Shown here: positions 43,309-52,849 of the stretch, one piece after another
Numbering within the stretch: the stretch's first letter is position 1
Layout: every line of letters starts with the position of its first letter
Assembly: GCA_937958695.1 (NCBI GenBank)
Contig: CALGNK010000002.1
Coordinates: 585 to 64,584, forward strand
DNA from: an uncultured bacterium
Lineage (GTDB): Bacteria; DUMJ01
Reading direction: 5' to 3'
DNA: 64,000 nucleotides
Notes under the pieces: generated by a model
Told to the model about the DNA's origin: nothing
Databases searched by the model: none
The model's input: the letters and a program-made list of their open reading frames with translations, nothing else
Made by a program: the position numbers and the translations under genes

Positions 43309-43474
43309 CCCTCTTTAATACGAGCCATATTCCTAGAATTGTTATCCCCATAACTAAAAGATTAAGATAAAACTCAAAAGGGAATCTCTTCTGGAGGAGA
43401 AAATATACAAGGGTAATGATCTCCAATATAAGACCCCAGAATAAAACCAATAAGATAGGTCTATCCTTTTCCAT
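43298..43474 (-). CDS. Candidate 58-aa two-TM small membrane protein (not in the ORF track, below 60 aa)
   Basis: The ATG at 43474-43472 reads MEKDRPILLVLFWGLILEIITLVYFLLQKRFPFEFYLNLLVMGITILGIWLVLKRARL*. No obvious SD. Confidence 0.2.
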   Translation of the reverse strand: MEKDRPILLVLFWGLILEIITLVYFLLQKRFPFEFYLNLLVMGITILGIWLVLKRARL

Positions 43475-43514
43475 ATTTAAATAATACTACATCTGTAAAT
43501 ACACTTTGGAATTT

Positions 43515-44933
43515 TTATCTTTCGTAGGCGCCGATATCAAACCCTTTACCCCTTGGCCTTTGAATCCCGTCTAAGTCATCTTTAGGAGCGTTTATTGAAC
43601 TCCCATTATCAATAGCAGGACTTCCTATCTTTAGATGATAATCCCCTACATTCCCAAAAGCCGGATTAACGAAGAGAGGATCACCATATAAATTCCCAAC
43701 TCCTAGAGAAGCTATATTATTAGCATAGTATGTTTTATCTCCATGTACAAGAATAAATTCGCTATTAGGAGTATAGAAAAGGTTATGCTCAGCAATCAAA
43801 TTTGTTTTAGGGCTAATAAATATTGGAGAGTTTTCTCCTATCCCTCTAAATATAATATTACGTAAGGTTAGATTTATATTTATATCTGGATAATCGTACT
43901 GTGCATGCATTAAGTAATTGCGTCCTACAAAGTCATCTACAGTTACATTTATAATTTTAAAACTGGCATTATTAGTTTCTGTAGATATAACTATTGGTGA
44001 CCAAGGTGTCTCTGAAATGTCCCCATCGCCACGCCCATAGATTAATGTATTCTCCACCCTACTGTTATTACCCCAAAGCTTAATTCCATCACAGGAATTA
44101 TTGGCAACTATACAATGATGAATATATGTATTCTCCGCTTTAGAGTCGAGCCCATCACCTCTATTATGTTCTGCTATTGTATATGCTATTTCTATAGGTC
44201 CAATAGACGTTTCTATCCCAAAGCCATCAGGTCTATCGTATGGCCCTGGACCAGAAGTACCCTGATAGTAATGTCCATTATATGATAGATGGCATTTAAG
44301 TATTAATACATTCCTCCAGCCACCCTGTTCTCCCAACGGTCCTCCTATTGAACCAAACCCACAGTGAGTAATTTGAGAATTGACAATTTGAAGCCCATTT
44401 ACATCCTTTATATTTATACCAAATTCATCTATATGATGTATGTATATATCCTTAATAATTACATTACTAATTGGGCTTTCAAGCGCTTCTATCCCATCTC
44501 TAAATGGAGAACCGTTATAACTAGTTATTTCAAGATTTTCAATCTTGATATAACTTTTACCTGAAATATCTATAGCAGTTAATAGATTATCTCTACCTAC
44601 TAGTAAAGGTCTATTACCATCTTCTCCCTTTATAGTGATCCAGCTGTTAGAATTACCTGAATATTGAGGGATTATTATATCGTCATCATATTGACTTAGT
44701 ATATATTTCCCTCCTAGTATGATTAAAGTGTCACCAGGTTTAACCTGTCTTGAGCCATACCCTGGAGTGGCCCAGGGTTTGTCTAAAGTCCCAGGGTTAC
44801 TGTTATTCCCTTTTGGAGACACATAGTAAATTTTACCAGTGGCAGAGGCTGAAGGTACTTCTCTGATACACTCAGAACAACCTATTTGAATAATAACAAA
44901 TAAGATGAGTAATAGAAATTTAATCTTCCTCAT
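43515..44933 (-). CDS. Secreted right-handed parallel beta-helix repeat protein (pectate-lyase / polysaccharide-depolymerase fold)
   Basis: The internal ATG at 44933 sits directly after GGAGGTGGAG and starts a signal peptide (MRKIKFLLLILFV), so the track start at 45035 is probably upstream of the true start. Gly/Asn-rich repeats. Confidence 0.7.
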   Translation of the reverse strand: MRKIKFLLLILFVIIQIGCSECIREVPSASATGKIYYVSPKGNNSNPGTLDKPWATPGYGSRQVKPGDTLIILGGKYILSQYDDDIIIPQYSGNSNSWITIKGEDGNRPLLVGRDNLLTAIDISGKSYIKIENLEITSYNGSPFRDGIEALESPISNVIIKDIYIHHIDEFGINIKDVNGLQIVNSQITHCGFGSIGGPLGEQGGWRNVLILKCHLSYNGHYYQGTSGPGPYDRPDGFGIETSIGPIEIAYTIAEHNRGDGLDSKAENTYIHHCIVANNSCDGIKLWGNNSRVENTLIYGRGDGDISETPWSPIVISTETNNASFKIINVTVDDFVGRNYLMHAQYDYPDININLTLRNIIFRGIGENSPIFISPKTNLIAEHNLFYTPNSEFILVHGDKTYYANNIASLGVGNLYGDPLFVNPAFGNVGDYHLKIGSPAIDNGSSINAPKDDLDGIQRPRGKGFDIGAYER

Positions 44934-45028
44934 AACTCCACCTCCTAATTTTCTATCAATATTATAAGCTATTTTGAATAATAAAACAATTGACCGACAA
45001 TGCCACCAGTTTTCCGAACTATTTATAC

Positions 45029-45058
45029 TTGACAAAATGAGCTTACTTTTGATATATT
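45029..45058 (+). promoter_or_regulatory. Sigma-70-like promoter for the ABC operon: TTGACA (45029-45034), 17-nt spacer, ATATAT/TATATT
   Basis: Read directly in the divergent intergenic region. Confidence 0.4.
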
Positions 45059-45125
45059 TAAAATCGAGGAGGGTTTAGTGCGTAGCTCTTTTCCAGAAAA
45101 AATAATTATATCTGGAGGTGCTTCG

Positions 45126-46955
45126 ATGAGTAAAGTTTTATCTATTCTTTTAGTTTGCTTAATGATATTGGGAGTTTCCTTCTCCACAGTATCTGCACAG
45201 ATAAGTATACCTAGGGAAGATACTGTCTATTGCATTGGAGCTATTTGGGGCCCACCTACAACTTGGAATCCCTATGCTCCTCAAGCTACTTGGGGTACTG
45301 ATCCTTTTCTTTTTATGCCACTATTCTATTACAGTAATGCTAAAGATGCCTGGCTTCCTGGCGTAGGAGAAACTTATAAGGTTGTGAATAAAACTACCCT
45401 TCAGGTGAAGATTAGGGATTTAGCTAAGTGGAGTGATGGAAAGCCTATCACCGCTGAAGATGTGGAGTTTACATTTAATACTACAAAGAAATTCGGCTTT
45501 GGTCCTGGAGCAGGATGGTATGACTATATAGCTAGTGTCAAAGCGATAAGCGATAAGGTTGTGGAATTCAAGATAAGAACAGATAAACCCAACTATTTCT
45601 CATTTATGGGTTATTCTTTAGGGACAAGGGTTATGCCAAAACATGTCTATGAGGACTTAGAGAAGAAAGGGCAGAACATTAGAGATTGGGCAAATAATGA
45701 CCCCGCAAAACAGGTAGTCTCCGGACCTTATAAATTATTCTTCCAAGATCCTAACAATGTTATATACGAAAGATTGGATAACTGGTGGGGTAAGGATGTA
45801 TTTGGTTTACCTAAGCCTAAGTATATAGCGCATATAGTCTATAAGGATAATGCTAGTGCAAATCTTGCCTTTGAAAAAGGAGATGCAGATTGGGCAGGGA
45901 CATTTATTCCTGAGGTGTATGCATTATGGGAAAAGAAAGGATTGCCTATTAGGACATGGTTTAAATCTAAGCCATACTATATGCCGGACGGTATAGGTTT
46001 CTTGTATATAAGCTACCAGAATCCAATCCTTAAAGACCCTAATATTAGAAAGGCTATAGCTTATGCTATTCCTTATGCTGATATGCTTGAAAAGGCATAC
46101 TTTAATTATGGCTCTCAGGCTCATCCTTCTATGGTTATTGACCTATTTGATGTCTATAAGCAGTGGATAGATTATACCTGGGCGAGAACTACATGGAAGT
46201 CCGAAGATGGGAGAATTAAAACAAACCTTGATACTGCAAATAAGATTTTAGATACCGCAGGATACAAGAGAGGTAGAGATGGAATAAGGGTTACTAAAGA
46301 CGGAAAACGTCTTGGGCCTTACACTATATCTGTTCCATACGGTTGGACTGACTGGATGATGATGTGCGAGATGATTGCTAAGAACCTTCAGACTATTGGA
46401 ATAGATGTAAAAACAGAATTCCCAGATTATAGTGTATGGGCAGATAGGATGACAAAGGGAACATTTGATTTTATTATCTCTTGGAGTGCTGGACCTGGTT
46501 ATGATCATCCATGGAATGTCTATAGATTTGTCCTAGATCATAGATTGTCAAAACCTTTTGGAGAGGAGACTTGGGCTGGAGACTGGGTAAGATATAACAA
46601 TCCAGAAGTTGCTACTATACTTGATAAGGTAGCATCAACATTAAGCCCAGTAGAGAAGAAGTCCCTATATTCTAGGCTTCAGAGGATAGTTTATAGGGAT
46701 TTACCGGCAATTCCAGTCTTTTATGCAGCCCACTGGTATACATTTAATGAGACTAGATGGGTTGGATGGCCCAGAGAGGAAAATCCTTGGTGGTATCCTC
46801 CATCGCCTTGGTCAGCTAACAATTTCCCAGTCCTCTTTGGTATAGCAAAGAAAGGAGAAACGCCAAAGGTTCCAACTTGGCTTGCAACTAGAGATAAGGG
46901 AGGATATCTGATTCCAACCTCACAGATTTGGAATGACTTTATGAGAGCTAAATAG
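45126..46955 (+). CDS. ABC transporter substrate-binding protein, family 5 (Opp/Dpp-type, oligosaccharide or peptide)
   Basis: The ATG at 45126 after GGAGGTG starts a signal peptide (MSKVLSILLVCLMILGVSFSTVSA). The track start at 45078 is probably too early. Confidence 0.8.
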   Translation: MSKVLSILLVCLMILGVSFSTVSAQISIPREDTVYCIGAIWGPPTTWNPYAPQATWGTDPFLFMPLFYYSNAKDAWLPGVGETYKVVNKTTLQVKIRDLAKWSDGKPITAEDVEFTFNTTKKFGFGPGAGWYDYIASVKAISDKVVEFKIRTDKPNYFSFMGYSLGTRVMPKHVYEDLEKKGQNIRDWANNDPAKQVVSGPYKLFFQDPNNVIYERLDNWWGKDVFGLPKPKYIAHIVYKDNASANLAFEKGDADWAGTFIPEVYALWEKKGLPIRTWFKSKPYYMPDGIGFLYISYQNPILKDPNIRKAIAYAIPYADMLEKAYFNYGSQAHPSMVIDLFDVYKQWIDYTWARTTWKSEDGRIKTNLDTANKILDTAGYKRGRDGIRVTKDGKRLGPYTISVPYGWTDWMMMCEMIAKNLQTIGIDVKTEFPDYSVWADRMTKGTFDFIISWSAGPGYDHPWNVYRFVLDHRLSKPFGEETWAGDWVRYNNPEVATILDKVASTLSPVEKKSLYSRLQRIVYRDLPAIPVFYAAHWYTFNETRWVGWPREENPWWYPPSPWSANNFPVLFGIAKKGETPKVPTWLATRDKGGYLIPTSQIWNDFMRAK

Positions 46956-46969
46956 TAAGGAGGTGTGGT

Positions 46970-48001
46970 ATGAAGAGCTACGCACTTAAACCCTTCCTCA
47001 AATATATTAGTAGAAAATTTATCTTCTTGCTAGTTACCTATTTTATTGCTATTACAATAGTCTTTATCCTTCCAAGAGCGATTCCAGGGAATCCACTTTC
47101 TACTCTTCTAAGACAGATATTTCAGCAGGGCCAGGCAAATCCAGAACTAATCAGGAGTGTTCATAAGACACTTATGGAAGAATTCGGTTTGGGAAAGCCT
47201 TGGTATGAGCAGTATATAGATTTTGTAACCCGGGCATTTAGAGGAGATTTTGGGACATCTATATCTTCTTATCCCAAGAAAACTCTAGAGTTGATAATAC
47301 CTGTAATGCCTTGGACACTAATGCTCCTTATCCCATCTATTATTACCGCATGGATTATTGGAAATACATTGGGAGCTATTGCAGGTTACAAAAGAGGGTC
47401 TTTTACTGATAGATTTACTTTGAACTTTTCTCTTATAGTTTCGCAGATACCATACTATTGGCTTGGAATGCTTCTCATCTTTACTCTTTCTGTAAAGTTA
47501 CATATATTCCCCGGACAGGGTGGATACTCTCAAGGTACAATCCCAACATTTACTCTCAAGTTTATTTTGGATATGCTTTATCATTATATACTTCCATTTC
47601 TATCGATCGTCATCTCTGCCTTAGGTGGATGGGCTATAGGGACGAGGGTATTAGTAATATACGAGCTGGATGCGGATTATGTAAATTTTGGAGAATTACT
47701 TGGTCTAAAGGAGAAGACGGTATTTAGATATATATTTAGAAATTCCATACTTCCCCAAGTTACTGGATTGGCTCTAAGCTTAGGCGGAGCTTTAGGGGGA
47801 GCTCTAATAACTGAGATTATTTTTAATTATCCAGGAACAGGATATTTACTCTTTAGGGCTTTGAGTACATTGGATTATCCTTTAATTCAAGGGATATTTA
47901 TCATACTTATAGGTTCTATTTATCTAGCAAATTTCTTTGTTGATTTTCTTTATGCACTTATAGACCCAAGAATTAGACTAGGGCAAAGTGAGGGGAGCTA
48001 A
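46970..48001 (+). CDS. ABC transporter permease (OppB/DppB-like)
   Basis: 6 TM, BPD_transp_1 architecture; 343 aa. Confidence 0.85.
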   Translation: MKSYALKPFLKYISRKFIFLLVTYFIAITIVFILPRAIPGNPLSTLLRQIFQQGQANPELIRSVHKTLMEEFGLGKPWYEQYIDFVTRAFRGDFGTSISSYPKKTLELIIPVMPWTLMLLIPSIITAWIIGNTLGAIAGYKRGSFTDRFTLNFSLIVSQIPYYWLGMLLIFTLSVKLHIFPGQGGYSQGTIPTFTLKFILDMLYHYILPFLSIVISALGGWAIGTRVLVIYELDADYVNFGELLGLKEKTVFRYIFRNSILPQVTGLALSLGGALGGALITEIIFNYPGTGYLLFRALSTLDYPLIQGIFIILIGSIYLANFFVDFLYALIDPRIRLGQSEGS

Positions 48002-48003
48002 CT

Positions 48004-48846
48004 ATGTGGCTTGCAATGTTTAAACCTCTGTTTAAGAGTAAAAAATTTTTGATTTCTATTTTAATATTTATATTTATAGTTCTTCTAGGATTAGTTGGTC
48101 CTATACTTTATCCTGTTGACCCTACAAGTTATGCTGGGCCATTCGAAAGGCCTCCATCTAGAGAATTTCCACTAGGAACTGATACCTATGGTGGAGATCT
48201 ATTAGCTAAGGTTCTAAATGGGACGAAGACTTCTCTATATATTGGATTTCTCACTGCTGTAATCTCAATGAGTATAGGAATTATAATAGGACCTATATCT
48301 GCTATAAAGGGAGGAGTTGTTGACGAGATTCTGATGTCTTTTACCAATATCGTTTTGACTATTCCCAATATCCTTCTTGCTATACTGATAGCAACGTATC
48401 TTAAAGTGAGAAGTGCAGAGGTGATAGCATTTTTACTTGGAGCCTTAGGTTGGCCCTGGTTTGCAAGAGCGGTAAGATCTCAGCTTTTAAGTTTAATAAA
48501 TAGAGAATATGTTAAGCTATCTAGAATGGCAGGCTATAATGACTTAAGGCTTGCCTTTGAGGATTTAATCCCAGGGATAGCTACCTATGCCTTTATGTCC
48601 TTTATACTCTTTATAAATGGTGGTATTCTAGGAGAGGCAGGATTGAGCCTAATAGGATTAGGTCCTACAAAAGGTGTTTCACTCGGATTAGTCCTGCAGT
48701 GGGCGGTATTGATGGAAGCAGTAAGGAGGGGTATATGGTGGTGGTTTGTCCCTCCAGGAGTAATTATAGTAGCTCTAACATCTTCGCTTTTAATGATAAC
48801 TACAGCAATGGATGAAGTCTTCAATCCTAGATTAAGGGAGAAATAA
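48004..48846 (+). CDS. ABC transporter permease (OppC/DppC-like)
   Basis: 6 TM; 280 aa. Confidence 0.85.
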   Translation: MWLAMFKPLFKSKKFLISILIFIFIVLLGLVGPILYPVDPTSYAGPFERPPSREFPLGTDTYGGDLLAKVLNGTKTSLYIGFLTAVISMSIGIIIGPISAIKGGVVDEILMSFTNIVLTIPNILLAILIATYLKVRSAEVIAFLLGALGWPWFARAVRSQLLSLINREYVKLSRMAGYNDLRLAFEDLIPGIATYAFMSFILFINGGILGEAGLSLIGLGPTKGVSLGLVLQWAVLMEAVRRGIWWWFVPPGVIIVALTSSLLMITTAMDEVFNPRLREK

Positions 48847-48847
48847 G

Positions 48848-49828
48848 ATGAATAGGCCAGTACTTCAGATAGAAAATGCTAGAGCGTATTATATTGTAGA
48901 GAATAACTATGTAAGAGCTATAGATGATATCTCTATTGTTATAAGAGAAGGTGAGGTAGTAGGGATTGTTGGAGAGAGCGGGTCTGGGAAAACTACCCTT
49001 TCCAATGTTATGCTTATGAATATTAAAAGACCTTTAAGTCTTATAGATGGTAAAGTAAAACTATATTCTAATGGAAATGTTATTGAATTAAATAAATTAT
49101 CAAGAGAAGAGTTGCAAAAGAATATATGGGGAAAGGAAACATCTATAATACCACAGTCTGCTATGAATGCGCTTATGCCTACAAAGAAGATAAAGGATTC
49201 TATATTAGATGTTATGAAGACACATTTTGAGGAGATTCATGAAAAGGAGATAATTGAGAAAGTTCAAGCTAGGTTTGAAGAGGTAGGAATTTCAAAGGAT
49301 GTTATTTTTCGATATCCCTTTGAACTCTCTGGAGGTATGAAACAAAGGGCGGTTATAGCTATAGCAACATTACTAAATCCGAGATTTCTTATAGCAGATG
49401 AACCAACTTCCGCTCTAGATGTATCTACCCAAAAGATGGTTTTAAAGACGATACAAGATTTGAGAGAAAAAGAAATAGTAAAAAGTATTGCCTTTATTAC
49501 TCATGATATAGCTACCGTAAGACAGATAGCGGAGACATTGGTGGTAATGTATGCTGGTAAGATTGTAGAGATAAGTTCTATAGAAGATATTATTAAAGAG
49601 CCATTACATCCTTATACTAGGGGCTTACTCTTCTCTGTAGTAACCCCAGAACCAGAGGTTAAGAAAAGGGGCATATATTATATACCAGGGACTCCTCCTA
49701 ATTTGATGTATCCACCTCCTGGATGTAGGTTTCATCCGAGATGCGAGTATAAACTAGATATCTGTGATAAAGAAGAACCAAAGCTAAAAGATGTAAATGG
49801 TAGAAAGGTTGCATGTTTTTTGTATTAA
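48848..49828 (+). CDS. ABC transporter ATP-binding protein (OppD-like, with oligopeptide C-terminal domain)
   Basis: GESGSGKTT Walker A, LSGGMKQR signature, and a C-terminal CRFHPRCEY motif. Confidence 0.88.
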   Translation: MNRPVLQIENARAYYIVENNYVRAIDDISIVIREGEVVGIVGESGSGKTTLSNVMLMNIKRPLSLIDGKVKLYSNGNVIELNKLSREELQKNIWGKETSIIPQSAMNALMPTKKIKDSILDVMKTHFEEIHEKEIIEKVQARFEEVGISKDVIFRYPFELSGGMKQRAVIAIATLLNPRFLIADEPTSALDVSTQKMVLKTIQDLREKEIVKSIAFITHDIATVRQIAETLVVMYAGKIVEISSIEDIIKEPLHPYTRGLLFSVVTPEPEVKKRGIYYIPGTPPNLMYPPPGCRFHPRCEYKLDICDKEEPKLKDVNGRKVACFLY

Positions 49829-49840
49829 GGAGAGAGTGCT

Positions 49841-50638
49841 ATGCCAATATTAACGGTCAATAATCTAACTAAGATATATGAGTCTGGAATGATAATAAGG
49901 AGATATATAGAGGCGGTCAAAAATGTCTCTTTTTCGATTGAGGAAGGTGAGATCGTTTCTCTTGTTGGAGAGAGTGGGTCTGGAAAAACAACTACCGCCA
50001 ATATAATCTTGAGATTCCTTAAGCCTACGAGCGGTGAGGTTTTAGTAGATGGAAAAGATATATGGAAGGATATAAATACTTTTGAGGATCTAAAAGAATA
50101 TAGAAGAAAAGTTCATGCAGTTTTCCAGGATCCGTTTTCAAGTTATAATTCCTTTTATCCAGTTGATAGAGTCCTTTATCAAGCCTTAGAACTTTTAGAT
50201 AAGAATCCAAGAACCCAAGAATCAAAGAGTCTAATGGAGGATGCTTTAATAAGAGTTGGATTAGAGCCCAAGCATATCCTTGGTAAATATCCGCATCAGC
50301 TTTCTGGTGGAGAGAAACAAAGGTTAATGATAGCTAGGTGTTGGCTTATTAAACCTAAGCTTATTATAGCAGATGAACCTGTCTCGATGATAGATGCCTC
50401 AACTAGAGGGGGAATTATAAAACTCTTTGAGAAGTTAAAAGAGGAAGAAAATACTTCTATCCTCTTTATAACTCACGATATGGGGCTTGCCTATTACATT
50501 TCTGATAAGATTCTTATAATGTATTTAGGAGAGATTGTAGAGCAGGGGACACCCGATGAAATTATTTCCAGCCCTAGGCATGAATACACAAAGAATCTTA
50601 TAGGAAGTATACCTACTCTATATAGAAAATGGGAATAG
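49841..50638 (+). CDS. ABC transporter ATP-binding protein (OppF-like)
   Basis: GESGSGKTT and LSGGEKQR motifs. Confidence 0.88.
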   Translation: MPILTVNNLTKIYESGMIIRRYIEAVKNVSFSIEEGEIVSLVGESGSGKTTTANIILRFLKPTSGEVLVDGKDIWKDINTFEDLKEYRRKVHAVFQDPFSSYNSFYPVDRVLYQALELLDKNPRTQESKSLMEDALIRVGLEPKHILGKYPHQLSGGEKQRLMIARCWLIKPKLIIADEPVSMIDASTRGGIIKLFEKLKEEENTSILFITHDMGLAYYISDKILIMYLGEIVEQGTPDEIISSPRHEYTKNLIGSIPTLYRKWE

Positions 50639-50868
50639 GATAACGTTTGGACCTTGTAATAGCTCAGTTAAAATCAATAAAGGGATAAGCTCTGCCTCTA
50701 ATAATATATTCTTATTCCTCTGTTTAGGTATTATTAATCATCTTGATGAGAGTTTTAAAATCTCATTAAGGTATAATGTCAATTATTGTCAGATCGGAGT
50801 AAAATGTAAAAAATTTTTGTTATATTGTTATTATTTCTCCAGCAAAATAAAATTGAGGAGGTCATAAT

Positions 50869-50946
50869 ATGAAAAAGGATCTAAGTAAAGAGTTCCTGTG
50901 TATAATAGTGGCAGGACAGGATTCTTACGAGTTAGAGAAATATTAG
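50869..50946 (+). CDS. Candidate 25-aa small ORF / leader peptide (MKKDLSKEFLCIIVAGQDSYELEKY)
   Basis: GAGGAGG at 50855-50861 lies exactly 7 nt before the ATG. It is 20 nt upstream of the transketolase start. Confidence 0.3.
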   Translation: MKKDLSKEFLCIIVAGQDSYELEKY

Positions 50947-50965
50947 AGGCTATGTAGGGATTGAG

Positions 50966-51808
50966 ATGGTTTCTGAAGAAACTATAAGAAGACTAGAAAA
51001 AATTGCATTAAAAATGAGATTGGATATACTCGAGATGGTGGGGGTAGGAAAAGCGGGGCATTTAGGTGGTTCTAGTTCCTGTGCAGATATTGTAGCTACT
51101 CTTTATTTTTACAAGATGAGAATCGACCCTGATAACCCAAAGTCGGAGAATAGGGATAGATTTCTTTTAAGTAAAGGGCATGGGGCTTTGGCACAGTATT
51201 CAGCATTAGTTGAATTAGGATACATACCCAGAGAGGAAATGAAAAAAACAAAGACACTTGAAGGTATACTTCAGGGACATCCTGATATGAAGAAGACTCC
51301 TGGTATTGAAGCTAATACGGGTTCTTTAGGGCAGGGCCTATCAATAGCTGTAGGAATGGCTCTTGGATTAAGGTTAGACAAAAAAGATAGTAAGGTCTAT
51401 GTAATTGTTGGAGATGGGGAGCTTGCAGAAGGACAGATATGGGAGACTATTATGTGTGCAAGCTATTATAAGCTCGATAATCTTGTAGCTATAGTTGATA
51501 ACAATAGGCTACAGGCAACTGGACCTATAGAAGAAAGGTTAAACATATTTCCAATAGCTCCAAAATGGGAGGCCTTTGGTTGGTATGTAAGAGAGATCGA
51601 TGGACATAATATAAAAGAGATAGTAGAGACTCTTGACGAGTTAGATAATATTTATGGAAAACCAAAGGTTATTATAGCTAAGACAATAAAAGGAAAGGGA
51701 TTTTCATTTGCCGAGAATAATCCTGCATTTCATAATATCCAGTTAACAGAAGAACAATACCTACAGGCTAAAAGAGAATTAGAAGAACAGATGGCGAGGT
51801 GGAGCTAA
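50966..51808 (+). CDS. Transketolase, N-terminal (TPP-binding) subunit
   Basis: GHLGGSSS and GDGEL(A)EGQ TPP-binding motifs; 280 aa. Confidence 0.88.
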   Translation: MVSEETIRRLEKIALKMRLDILEMVGVGKAGHLGGSSSCADIVATLYFYKMRIDPDNPKSENRDRFLLSKGHGALAQYSALVELGYIPREEMKKTKTLEGILQGHPDMKKTPGIEANTGSLGQGLSIAVGMALGLRLDKKDSKVYVIVGDGELAEGQIWETIMCASYYKLDNLVAIVDNNRLQATGPIEERLNIFPIAPKWEAFGWYVREIDGHNIKEIVETLDELDNIYGKPKVIIAKTIKGKGFSFAENNPAFHNIQLTEEQYLQAKRELEEQMARWS

Positions 51809-52746
51809 TGGTAGCAGAGAATCTTAGAGAAGCATATGGAAAAACATTAGTAGAATTAGGAGCTATATATAAGGATATAGTAGTATTGGATGCAGACCTT
51901 AGTAAATCTACAAGAACTGTACTATTTCAAGAGGCCTACCCTGAAAGATTCTTTGAAATGAGTATTGCCGAACAGAACATGGTAAGTGTAGCAGCGGGGC
52001 TGGCTCTAGTTGGTAAAATTCCCTTTGTCCATTCATTTGCGGTATTTGCAACAGGTAGAACTTATGACCAAATAAGACAGTCTGTATGTATAGCAGGACT
52101 CAATGTCAAGATATGCGGATCAAGCTGTGGTTTATCCGACTTTGGTGATGGTGCAACTCATCAGTCGATAGAAGATGTTGCATTAATGAGGGTTCTTCCT
52201 AATATGGTGGTGTTGGTACCTGCTGATGCTAATGAAACAAAAAAGATGGTAAGGGCCATGGTAAAACACTATGGACCGATGTATATAAGGATAAATAGAA
52301 ATGATCTACCTGTATATACAAGCGAAGATGGCGAATATGAAATAGGTAAGCTTTATCAGCTGAAAGATGGAGAAGATATTACCATATTTGCAAACGGAGT
52401 AATGGTCTCTAAAGCTATGAATGCGAGCGAAGTTTTAGAAAGAAAGGGTATATATACAAGAGTGGTAAATGTAAGTACAGTTAAGCCCTTGGAAAAGGAA
52501 GAGTTACTAAAGTATATAAAGGGAGTAAAAGGGATAATAGTAGCAGAAGAGCATAGTATTATAGGAGGACTTGGAAGTACTATAGTAGAACAACTTAGTG
52601 ATGTAAAACATCCTCCAGTTAAGTTTATAGGGATAAGAGATAAATTTGGTACCTCTGCTAGCAACTATGAAGAATTATTGGCGCATTATGGGTTGACCTC
52701 TGAGAGTATAGTAGATACTGCTATTAATCTATTAGATGGAGGATGA
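51799..52746 (+). CDS. Transketolase, C-terminal (pyrimidine-binding) subunit
   Basis: 10-nt overlap with the N-subunit; 315 aa. Confidence 0.88.
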   Translation: MELMVAENLREAYGKTLVELGAIYKDIVVLDADLSKSTRTVLFQEAYPERFFEMSIAEQNMVSVAAGLALVGKIPFVHSFAVFATGRTYDQIRQSVCIAGLNVKICGSSCGLSDFGDGATHQSIEDVALMRVLPNMVVLVPADANETKKMVRAMVKHYGPMYIRINRNDLPVYTSEDGEYEIGKLYQLKDGEDITIFANGVMVSKAMNASEVLERKGIYTRVVNVSTVKPLEKEELLKYIKGVKGIIVAEEHSIIGGLGSTIVEQLSDVKHPPVKFIGIRDKFGTSASNYEELLAHYGLTSESIVDTAINLLDGG

Positions 52747-52849
52747 TATGCGATTTGGCTGTTGCGGGAATATGGTTGCAGTAGAGCCAGATAAGACATA
52801 TCATATTCTAGTGACTTTTATAATGATGCATATAAGTCATTAAAACTTC

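Noticed and set aside
50743-50764. Imperfect palindrome ATGAGAGTTTTAAAATCTCAT considered as the terminator of the ABC operon
   Set aside because: The stem is almost purely A/T with a bulge, so it is not a credible intrinsic terminator. It is kept only as a possible protein-binding site, mentioned under the small-ORF finding.
50639-50965. tRNA, ncRNA or riboswitch in the longest intergenic regions (also 590-757, 4961-5270 and 43309-43514)
   Set aside because: No cloverleaf-compatible T-loop or acceptor-stem patterns and no recognisable riboswitch cores (c-di-GMP, lysine, TPP, T-box) were seen. A covariance-model scan (Infernal/Rfam, tRNAscan-SE) would be the decisive test.
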